Of a stretch of 64,000 bases of DNA, positions 10,335 to 19,545 are shown one piece after another. Below the pieces are notes generated by a model, which searched no databases, was not told the DNA's origin, and worked only from the letters and a program-made list of their open reading frames with translations. The stretch is from the NCBI GenBank assembly GCA_963843505.1, contig CAWJKR010000008.1:465922-529921 (forward strand), written 5' to 3'. A program made the translations under genes and the position numbers. This DNA comes from Candidatus Aminicenantes bacterium (GTDB taxonomy: Bacteria; Acidobacteriota; Aminicenantia; Aminicenantales; Saccharicenantaceae). The first letter of the stretch is position 1; every line of letters begins with the position of its first letter.

Positions 10335-11807
10335 TCAAGGCCGCCCGGCGGCCTCCTGAGCGACGGCCGCGTCGCACGCGGCCTTGCGCTTCCCGTAGGC
10401 CGGGATGATCTTGAGGCAGATGACGAGCAGGACCGCGATCACGGCGACGTTGAGGAGCGCGTAGCGCTCGATCCGCAGCCCCAGGAGCTGGGTCCCGGCC
10501 AGGACGGCCAGGGCCGAGAGGGTATCGCCGCCGCGGACGAAGAAGGTGTCGATGGCCGCCTTGGCCTTGTACTTCTCCTCCCTCTTGGTGACCAGGAACA
10601 GGGCCGCCTTGGTCGTGTTCTGCAGGGAGTAGTCCGTGCCGTTCTCCAGGGACTTGACCCAGCGGACGAGGACGAGCGTGGCCCCGAAGGAGATCAGGGC
10701 GTAGCCGCCGAGGGCCAGGATCGGCAGGAAGAGGAGGGCGCCTCCGACCCCGATCCACTTGAAGATCCTGGAGACGAACAAGAGCTGGATGATGAGCGCG
10801 ATGAGGTTCGTCAGGAACTGGTAGTTCATGAAGGCGTTGTGGATGGCCTTGCTCTCGGTCTGGCCCGGCAGGACCGGCGGCGCGGCGGGGGCGCTTCCCC
10901 GGCAGGCTCGCCGCCGCTTGGGCCGGGACCGCGGCCGCCTTCGCCTCGGTCGTCTCGATCGATCGATTGACCGTCACGGCGGTGATGATGAACTCCCCGG
11001 TCGCGTTGACGAAATTGTAGAGGCCGATCATGACCGCGATGAGCAGGAGATAGCGGCTCTTGAAGACCAGCCTGAAGCCGCCGCCGGCCTTGAGGGGCTG
11101 TTCCTGGACGAGGGGCTTTTCGGCCGGCCCCGGCCGGGCCCTCGCCCCGCTCCGCGCGGGACCTCCGGACGTCGCGGCCGTGGATCGTCCGGGCCAGGAC
11201 GATGCAGAGGAAGAGCACGATCCCGGCGATGAGCATGAGCTTGAACTCCCAGCTCCCGCCCAGGATGTCCCTCAGCCTGCGCATGAACGGCAGGGTCGCG
11301 ATGAGGCCGCCCAGGGTCGCGCCCAGCGCGACGAGCGGGAAGGTCCGCTTGCCGGCCTCGTCGGAATAGAGGTCGTTGGCGAAGCCCCAGAACTGGGCGA
11401 TGACGAAGTAGTTGAAGATGCCGACCCAGATGTAGAACAGGATCCCCATCGGCTTGACGGCCATGCCGCCGGCGTGCAGGACGTAGAAGATGACGAGGTT
11501 GGAGATGAAGAACGGTGGTCGTCCAGGTGATGAGGACGTGGCGGGGGACGCGGGAGGCCAGGCGGCTGAAGGCCTTGATGACGAAGACGAACAGGACGGC
11601 CTGCGCCCCGCCGAGGACGCTCTTGACGACGGGGGAGTCCTTGTCGACGAGCAGGAGCGATTCGCGCAGGGGTTTCAGGATGTAGTAGGCGAGGAGCAGG
11701 AGAAAGACGTTCAGGGCCAGGAGGAGGGCCTTGGGCGCTTCGCCGTGGCGGATGTCGGCGAACAGGCGGAGGAACCTGTAGCCGGGATTGTAGCGCGGTT
11801 CGGCCAT
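10335..11807 (-). CDS. Second NTT/TLC-family (Npt1/Npt2-like) nucleotide transporter, no HEAT domain; frameshifted
   Basis: AYYILKPLRESLLL, FYIWVGIFNYFVIAQFWGFANDLY, ENGTDYSLQNTTK, EKYKAKAAIDTFFVRGGD motifs. Confidence 0.88.
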
Positions 11808-11827
11808 CGCTTCCCCTTTCCGCACGA

Positions 11828-13699
11828 TCAAAAGAGGACGTTCGCTTCGCCGAGGCTCTTGATCATCATCCGGAGACGCCTGACGATGAAGGTGCGCCGC
11901 GTATTGAGCGCCCCGATCTCCTCCGGTCCGAGATAGCGGCCGAGGTAGGCGGAGACGGTCCGGTCCTCCCAGCCGAGGAGCCGCCGGTAGAGGAGCCGGG
12001 AGCATCGCCGGATCTCGCAGCCGGGGGCGTCCCCCGTCTTCGGGGCGAAGGCCTCGGAGAAGTCGACGTGGTAGATCCGGCCGTCCTCGCTGACCAGCGT
12101 GTCCTTGTCGTTCCGGCAGTCGTCATAGACGAGGGCCTGGAACACGACGAGGTCGGCCAAGGCGCGTTCGAAGGCCTCGGGGTCAGGCGGGACGGCCTTC
12201 TTGTCCCGGAAATCGGCCAGGGACCGGGCGTCGGAGATGAAGGCCTGCAGGGCCCCCGGAACATCCTCGACGGTCCGCTCGACGATCGGCGGGACGTAGG
12301 AGAGGCCGAGGTACTTGTTCAGCGCGTAGGCGGCCAGATCGTACCGGAAGCTGTCGGCGAGCGGATCGGGCCGCCGCCGGTCGATGTACCTGAACAGGGC
12401 CTCGAGAACGGTCCCCTGCGATTCCAGAGCGTGAGCCGCCAGGCGTCGGTCCGGCCGCCGGGCCCGGGGCCGCGCCCGGTGACGGCCGCCGTCCGCAGGA
12501 ACGTCTCCATCTCCCGGGTCATCAGGGGCTTCGGCGGCGGGCGGCGGATGCCGCTGCGCGCGGCCACCTCCTCGGTCTCGCCCCAGACCCGGAATTCGCC
12601 GTGGTCGTAGATGAGGGCCGAGGGGACGCCGCCGTAGCTCCCGGAGGAAATGCCGGTGTCCATGATCCAGATCTTGTCCTGGAAGCGGGAGACGCTCCTG
12701 CGGTCGACGGTCGGGCTCGCGCCGCTCGGAAAAGCGGAAGTAATTGTGCCCGACGACGATGGCCCGGGCCCCGAGGTTGGCCAGGGTCCGGTCGATCTCG
12801 GCCTGGGCCGCGGCCTCGTTCTTGGTGGCCAGGCCCCGGAACCAGAGCGGGCTGTCCGGGTTGTAGACGAGCCGGGGGTGGAACGGCTTGCCGTATTGCC
12901 GGGGATTGCGCATGCGCCCCTGGAAGAACTCGAGCTCGGAGCGCATGACCTGGTTGATCTCGCGGATCGGCCACTTGGAGAAGGCCTCGCTGACGCCGCC
13001 GTGGGCATAGATGACGTCGTTGATCTTGATGACCGTGTTCTTCTTGATGAGCCAATCCCCGCAGGCCTCGTTGAAGCCCAGGACATAGGCGCGCATGGCG
13101 TCCGGGTCCTTGGCGGCCATGATCTTCCGCCAGAATTCGGCCAGGCGATCGTCGGCGTGGACGTCGAGGCCTTCGATCTCGGCCCGCTTCCTGTCCTCGT
13201 CGGAGAGCGTCTTGAGGTACTCGGCCTGCCTCTCGCGGCGGAAATCCTCGGGCAGGAACGAGACGAACTGCTCCACGGTGACGTAGTCCGGATAGTCGAG
13301 GGCGATGCCGGTGATGTTCATCTCCTCGTGGTTGCCGAGGAGCATGTGGACCATGCCGCCGGCGGCGGCCGCTTCCTTCTCGAGGCGCATGAGGAGCTCG
13401 AGGATCTCCTTGGCCCGGGGGCCCCGGTCCACGACGTCGCCGAGCTGGACGAGATGGGTCTTGCCGCCCGTCCAGTGGAGGTCGTCGTCGATGAGGCCGA
13501 CCTGCGGGTGGGCGAGGATGAAGACGAAGCGGTCGTAGTCGCCGTGGAGGTCGGCGACGGCCACGACCCGGTCGACGCCCGTCCATTCGAAGGGGATGTC
13601 GGCGGCGGGGGTGAGCCGGGGCAAGACGGCGAGGGCCAGAAGGAGGAGGAAGAACGGCCGGCGCCTCCGGCGAACCTCTCTGCGGCTGGTCATCGGCAT
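11828..13699 (-). CDS. Secreted Shewanella-like (SLP) metallophosphoesterase fused to a C-terminal Fam20-like pseudokinase domain; frameshifts near 12420-12730
   Basis: Basic + hydrophobic N-terminus; ADLHGD, GDVVDRGP, LGNHE, HGG, PLWFRG, VVGHN, MDTG; C-terminal YDLAAYALNKYLGLSYVPPIVER...VDFSEAF similar to kinases A and B. Confidence 0.8.
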   Translation of the reverse strand: MPMTSRREVRRRRRPFFLLLLALAVLPRLTPAADIPFEWTGVDRVVAVADLHGDYDRFVFILAHPQVGLIDDDLHWTGGKTHLVQLGDVVDRGPRAKEILELLMRLEKEAAAAGGMVHMLLGNHEEMNITGIALDYPDYVTVEQFVSFLPEDFRRERQAEYLKTLSDEDRKRAEIEGLDVHADDRLAEFWRKIMAAKDPDAMRAYVLGFNEACGDWLIKKNTVIKINDVIYAHGGVSEAFSKWPIREINQVMRSELEFFQGRMRNPRQYGKPFHPRLVYNPDSPLWFRGLATKNEAAAQAEIDRTLANLGARAIVVGHNYFRFSERREPDRRPQERLPLPGQDLDHGHRHFLRELRRRPLGPHLRPRRIPGLGRDRGGGRAQRHPPPAAEAPDDPGDGDVPADGGRHRARPRARRPDRRLAAHALESQGTVLEALFRYIDRRRPDPLADSFRYDLAAYALNKYLGLSYVPPIVERTVEDVPGALQAFISDARSLADFRDKKAVPPDPEAFERALADLVVFQALVYDDCRNDKDTLVSEDGRIYHVDFSEAFAPKTGDAPGCEIRRCSRLLYRRLLGWEDRTVSAYLGRYLGPEEIGALNTRRTFIVRRLRMMIKSLGEANVLF

Positions 13700-13816
13700 C
13701 TCCCTCCTTTATAGCCGTTTCCCCGGGGCGAATCAAGGGCGCTCCGGTTTGACTCGCCGGCGCCCGTCCTGTTATCCTGAGCGGGCCGGCGACTCCCGAG
13801 CGGAAGGAGCGAGACC

Positions 13817-15186
13817 ATGAACGGACGAACGAGCTTCGCGGCCATCGTGACGGGGAGGCGGGCGCGGAAGGTCCTGCCCGTCCTCGGGCTGGCCCTGGCG
13901 CTGGGCCTCGCTCTCACGGGATGCGGCGGGCCCGAGCGGCCGGCCGCGCCGCGGCCGGCGGCCGTGGTCAAGGTCAAGCCCGGGGTCGAGGTCTTCCTCG
14001 AAAAGCACCTCGACCTGGTCAAGGGCAAGCGGGTCGGGCTCATCACCAACCCGACGGGCACGGACGCGGCGCTGCGGTCGACGATCGACCTCTTCCGGGC
14101 CGAATCCGGGGATCGATCTCGTCGCCCTCTACGGCCCCGAGCACGGCGTCCGCGGCAACGCCCAGGCCGGCGAATACGTGCCGTTCTACCTACGACGAGA
14201 AGTTCAAGCTCCCCGTGTTCAGCCTCTACGGGCAGTCCTTCAAGCCCGACCCGGGCATGATCAAGAACATCGACGAGTACATGCGCTCGTTCGACACGAA
14301 GGAGACCGGCAAGGTGCCGGAGGCGGCCATGGTCAAGGGGATCGACGTCCTCGTCTTCGACATCCAGGACGTCGGGACGCGCGTCTACACGTACATCGCG
14401 ACGATGGCCTACGCCATGCAGGCCGCGGCCGAAGCCGGCATCGATTTCATCGTCCTCGACAGGCCGGCGCCCGTCAACGGCGTCGACATGGAGGGGGCCA
14501 TCCTCGAGTACCCCGAGTTCAGCTCCTTCGTCGGGCTGTTCCCGATCCCCCTGAGGTTCGGCATGACGGTCGGCGAGCTGGCCAGGCTGTTCAACGACAA
14601 GTTCCTGGCCCACACGGCCAAGCTGACGGTCATCCCCATGGAAGGCTGGAAGCGGGCCATGTGGTTCGACGAGACCGGCCTGCCCTGGGTCATCCCGTCG
14701 CCGAACATGCCGACCCTCGACACGGCGACCGTCTACCCGGGGCTGGTGGCGATCGAGGGAACGAACATGTCCGAGGGCCGGGGGACGACGCGGCCGTTCG
14801 AGCAGTTCGGGGCGCCGTGGATCGACGGCAACGAGCTGGCGGCGCGGCTGAACGCCCTGGCCCTGCCGGGGGTCCGTTTCCGCGAGGCCTGGTTCACGCC
14901 CTGGTTCTCCAAGTTCCAGGGCGAGCTCTGCGGCGGCTGCCAGGTCCACGTGACCGACCGGGCGGCCTTCCGGTCCGTCGCCGCGGTCCTCCACATCGTC
15001 AAGACCGTGCGCGACATGTACCCGGACAAGTTCGCCTTCCACGCCGATTACTTCGACAAGGTCATGGGCACGGCCTCGGTCCGCAAGGCCCTCGAAGCGG
15101 GGTCCGACGCGGCGGCGATCCTGGGCAACATCCAGCCCGGCCTGGACGCCTTCGCCTCCCTCCGCAAGGCCTATCTGCTATATTAG
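13817..15186 (+). CDS. namZ: Exo-beta-N-acetylmuramidase NamZ (DUF1343) family lipoprotein; frameshifted near 14110-14190
   Basis: LTGC lipobox; RVGLITNPTG, GPEHG, FDIQDVGTRVYTY, SPNMPT, SEGRGTTRPFE motifs. Confidence 0.9.
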
Positions 15187-15214
15187 AGTATCATCCGACA
15201 AGGAGACCGACGTC

Positions 15215-16787
15215 ATGGCGATGAAGACTCCCCGATACGCCTTGGGCAACCCTCTGTCCCTCATCCTCGACAAGCCGGCCGCGGATTTCACCCGGGCGGA
15301 TCTCATCCGGGTCATCGAGGCGAAACAGATCGAGCGCGTCACCTTCCATTACCTGGCCATCGACGGGAAGCTCAAAGAGCTCACCGTTCCCGTGACGGAC
15401 CGCGCCCGCCTGGAATCCCTCCTGGCCGAAGGGGAGCGCGTCGACGGCTCGTCGCTCTTCAAGGGCATGGTCGACATGGCGCTTTCGGACCTCTACATCG
15501 TCCCCGTCTACCGTTCGGCCTTCTTCAACCCGTTCGACGAGGGCAGCCTCGATTTCGTCTGCCGCTACCTGACCCAGGACGGCACGCCCGCTCCCTTCAC
15601 CTGGGACGGCATCCTGGCCCGGGCCGCCGGCCTCTTCCGCGACCACGACGGGCCTCGAGCTCAAGGCCATGGGCGAGCTCGAGTTCTTCCTGGTCACGAC
15701 GCCCGCCGACAGGTCCTATCCGGTCGAGAACCACCGCGGCTACCACGGCTCGGCGCCGTTCGCCAAGAGCGGGCCGATCCTTCACGAGATGGTCGCCAAC
15801 ATCTCCCGCGTGACCGGGGCCGTCAAGTACGCCCACAGCGAGAACGGCGTCATCGAATCCGTCAAGAGCGATCTTCCGGAGATCGAGGGGCGCCTGGCCG
15901 AGCAGCTCGAGATCGAATTCCTGCCCCGGCCCATCGAGGAGACGGCCGACAACCTCGTCCTGGGCCGCTGGATCATCCGCAACACGGCCTTCCGTCACGG
16001 CGCCGTGGCCACGTTCACGCCCAAGCTCGAGGAAGGGGTCGCCGGCAGCGGCCTGCACTTCCACCTCGAGCTGGCCAAGAACGGGCGGAACATCATGCGC
16101 GGCGCGGACGGCAAGCTCTCCGTCGAGGCCCGCAAGCTCATCGGCGGCCTCTGCGACTACGCCGAATCCCTGACCGCCTTCGGCAACACCGTCTCCTCGG
16201 CCTACCTGCGGCTCGTCCCCAACCAGGAGGCCCCGACCCGGATCTGCTGGAGCGACCTCAACCGCAGCGCCCTCATCCGCGTCCCGCTCGGCTGGGCCGG
16301 CGCCTCCGGACTGGCCCGGCGCGTCAATCCCGCGGAAACGGACGATTTCGTCGACGAGAGCGGCGGCCGCCAGACCGTCGAGATCCGCAGCCCCGACGGC
16401 AGCGCCATCATCCACCTGACCCTGGCCGGCATCGCCATGGCCGCCAATTGGGCCTTCGGGAGCGACAAATCCCTCTTCAAGGACTCGGCGCCCCTCGAGC
16501 TGGCCGACAGCCTCTACGTCAAGGGCAACATCTTCGCCGACAAGGAGCTGCTCAAGCGCCTGCCCGTCCTGCCCGCGAGCTGCGTCGAATCGAGCCGGGT
16601 CCTTCTCGAGAAGCGGGACCTCTACGAGCGCGACGGCGTCTTCCCGCCGAGCGTCATCGATTACATCGCCCGAACGCTCCAGGCCGAGGACGACGAGTTC
16701 ATGAACAAGAGGCTGGCCGACCTGCCGGCCCACGACCGGCTCCACGAGATCCGCCAGATCATGCACAAGGACCTGCACAAGCACTGA
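15215..16787 (+). CDS. Glutamine synthetase family protein; frameshift near 15650
   Basis: GERVDGSSLF, ELEFF, EQLEIEF, TFTPKL, AGSGLHFH, AYLRLVPNQEAP, NRSALIRVP, VEIRSPDG motifs. Confidence 0.9.
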
Positions 16788-16788
16788 G

Positions 16789-17856
16789 ATGAGCGCGAAA
16801 CCGGACGCCATGACCTCGCGGGAGCGCTGGCTGGCCCTCTTCGCCCGCCAGAAGCCCGACCGCGTCCCGACCGACTACTGGGCGACGCCCGAGTTCGACC
16901 GCAAGCTGATGAAGCGCCTCGGCTGCCGGCACCCGCCGCCGGATGCTCGACACGCTCGGCGTCGACTACGAGGTCCATCTCGAGCCCCGCTACGCGGGCC
17001 CGCGCCGGCCCCGCATGCAGGACGAGTTCGGCCGCCGCTTCCGGAGCGTCGATTACGGGACCGGCTCCTACCGCGAGTGCATCCACTTTCCGCTGGCCGG
17101 CTTCAAGTCCGTCGCCGAGATCGAGAAGAATTACGTCTGGCCCACGGCCGACTGGTGGGACTTCACGGACATCCCGGCCCAGGCCCGCCGGCAACGAGAC
17201 CCATCCCATCCGCGGCGGCGGCTCGGAGCCCTTCCTCATCTACAAGGAGCTCCGCGGCATGGAGCAGGCCTTCGTCGACCTCGTCGAGAACCCCGAGATC
17301 GTCCATTACTGCCTGGGCAAGCTCTTCGACCTGGCCTACGAGAACGCGCGTCCGGATCTACGAGGCCATCCCGGGCCGCGTGGACATCTCCTACGTCGCC
17401 GAGGACATGGGCGGCCAGACCGACCTGATGATCTCGGTCCGCCACATCCGCGAGTTCCTCCTGCCCGGCATGAAGCGGATGATCGATCTCGCCCACCAGG
17501 CCGGCGCCCACGCCTTCCACCACAACGACGGCAGCTGCTGGCGCATCGTCCCCGACATGATCGGCCTCGGCATCGATCTCCTGAACCCGCTCCAGTGGCG
17601 CTGCCCGGGCATGGAGCGCGAGCGGCTCAAGACGGAATTCGGCCCCCACGTCGTCCTCCACGGCGGCATGGACAACCAGTACACGCTGCCGTTCGGGACG
17701 GTCGACGACGTCCGGCGCGAGGTCGAGGACAACCTGCGCATCCTCGGCGCCGGCGGCGGCTACATCCTCGCCCCCTGCCACAACATCCAGGCGATCACGC
17801 CGGTCGAGAACGTCCTGGCCATGTACGAGGCCGCCCGAGAGTTGGGCAGAACCTAG
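16789..17856 (+). CDS. Uroporphyrinogen decarboxylase (URO-D)-like family protein; frameshifted
   Basis: MTSRER...KPDRVP, LRGMEQAFVDL, EDMGGQ, HNDG, LNPLQ, GGYILAPCHNIQ, TPVENV motifs. Confidence 0.85.
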   Translation: MSAKPDAMTSRERWLALFARQKPDRVPTDYWATPEFDRKLMKRLGCRHPPPDARHARRRLRGPSRAPLRGPAPAPHAGRVRPPLPERRLRDRLLPRVHPLSAGRLQVRRRDREELRLAHGRLVGLHGHPGPGPPATRPIPSAAAARSPSSSTRSSAAWSRPSSTSSRTPRSSITAWASSSTWPTRTRVRIYEAIPGRVDISYVAEDMGGQTDLMISVRHIREFLLPGMKRMIDLAHQAGAHAFHHNDGSCWRIVPDMIGLGIDLLNPLQWRCPGMERERLKTEFGPHVVLHGGMDNQYTLPFGTVDDVRREVEDNLRILGAGGGYILAPCHNIQAITPVENVLAMYEAARELGRT

Positions 17857-17865
17857 AGTCGGACA

Positions 17866-17888
17866 GCCCTCTTTTCTTGGATAGGGCT
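17866..17888. terminator. Small hairpin between convergent URO-D-like and xylB genes
   Basis: AGCCCT-N11-AGGGCT between the two facing stop codons. Confidence 0.35.
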
Positions 17889-19409
17889 AGCCGGCCAGGG
17901 CCGAGCGGCGGGCCTCGAAATCCCGCACGAGCCCTCTCCAGAGGTCGTTGAATCGCCCTTGGAGGTCCGCGTAAAGCGACGACGTTCTTCGGGTCGGGCT
18001 CCGCGGCCAGCTTGTCCTTGGCCACCCATCTCGCGGCGATGGCGGCGATGTCCGCCTGTTCGCCCTCGGCCAACCGCCAGTTCCAGACCGATTGAAGCGC
18101 CGCCCCGTAGGCGGCCGCCTCGGCCTCTCGGAGCGTCACGACCGGCGCGCCGAAGATGTCGGCGACGATCTGGAGCCAGAGCCGGCTCTTCGCGCCGCCC
18201 CCGGTCGCCCGGATCTCGCCCGGCTTCAGGCCGAGCTCCCGCATGCGCGCGAAACCGTAGCCCAGGTTGAGGACCGCGCCTTCCATGATCGCCCTGACGA
18301 TGTGCGCGGCGTCGAACGATCGCCGGTCGAGGCCGAAGAGAACGGCGCTCGAGAAGGGGAGGGCGGGCACCCGCTCGCCGTCGACGAACGGCAGGAACAT
18401 GAGCCCGCCCGCGCCCGGCCCGGCCCGCCGCGCCAGCCGGTCGAGCCTGGCGTTATCGAGCTTGAAGAGCGACTTGGCGATCTCGGTCGTGTTGGTGACG
18501 TTCATGGTGCACAGCAGCGGCAGCCAGCCGCCCGTGCTGTCGCAGAAGGCCGCGATCTCGCCGGCGGGGTCGACGAAAGGCCGGTCGAAGTGGGAATAGA
18601 CCGTGCCCGACGTTCCCAAGCTGAGCGTGCAGACGCCCGGCGCGACGTTCCCGGTCCCGATCGCGCCCATCATGTTGTCCCCGCCGCCCGCTCGCGACGA
18701 GGACGCGGCCGAAGCCGAAGCGGGCCGCCACGGGCTTTTTCATGAGCCCGACGGGCTCGCGCGGGTGGCTGAGCGGCGGGAGCTTGGCGGCCAGGTCCGG
18801 GTCGATCGCGGCCGCCGCCCCCTCGTCCCAACGGAGCCGGCGGATGTCCATGAGCCCGGTGCCGGACGCGTCGCCGTATTCCATGTGGGCCCGGCCCGTC
18901 AGCCAATGGTTCAGGTAGTTGTGGGGGAGGAGGACGGTCGCCAGCCGGGCGAAGCTCTTCGGCTCATGCTCTTTCAGCCAGAGGATCTTCGACGCCGTGA
19001 AGCCCACGGCCAAGCTGATGCCAAGGCGGGCGATGACCTCGCCCGTCCCGCCGAGCGCGGCCACGATGGCCTTCGTCTCCTCGATGGTCGAGGTGTCGTT
19101 CCAGAGCTTGGCCGGCCGGATGACCCGGCCCTTCGCGTCGAGCGGGACGAAGCCGTGCTGCTGGCCCGAGACGCCCAGCGCGACGACCTTCCCCGGGTCG
19201 ACGCGGGCCGCCTTCAGGGCCGCGGCCAGGGCTTTCTCCGCGGCGCCGACCCAGACCGCCGGGTCCTGCTCGCTCGCGCCCGGCCCGAGGCCCTCGATCA
19301 TGGCGTGGGGGGCCTGGCCGCGGCCGAGGACGCGCCCGGAATCGGCGTCAACGACCAGCGCCTTGGTCCCCTGGGTCCCGGAATCGATGCCGACGGCGTA
19401 TTGGGGCAT
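17887..19409 (-). CDS. xylB: Xylulokinase; frameshifted
   Basis: GIDSGTQGTK, SGQQHG, KLWND, GFTASKILWLK, GDASGTG, GDNMMGAIG, SLGTSG, TGGGAKS motifs; TAG at 17887-17889. Confidence 0.9.
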
Positions 19410-19545
19410 TTTCGACCTCGCTCACCCCGATTCTATGGGAGCGCCCGCGGGGGTGTCAAACGGGGAATTTCGAGGGGGGACCCCGTTTTCTTGACAATTC
19501 AATAAGCGTCCGTCTTAATAGACTAAATATGAGAATAGGCAATAG

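Noticed and set aside
19454-19496. Imperfect inverted repeat TGTCAAACGGGG...CCCCGTTTTCTTGACA between divergent xylB and the C1 peptidase
   Set aside because: It can be explained by back-to-back TTGACA -35 boxes and is too weak to call a repeat-family member.
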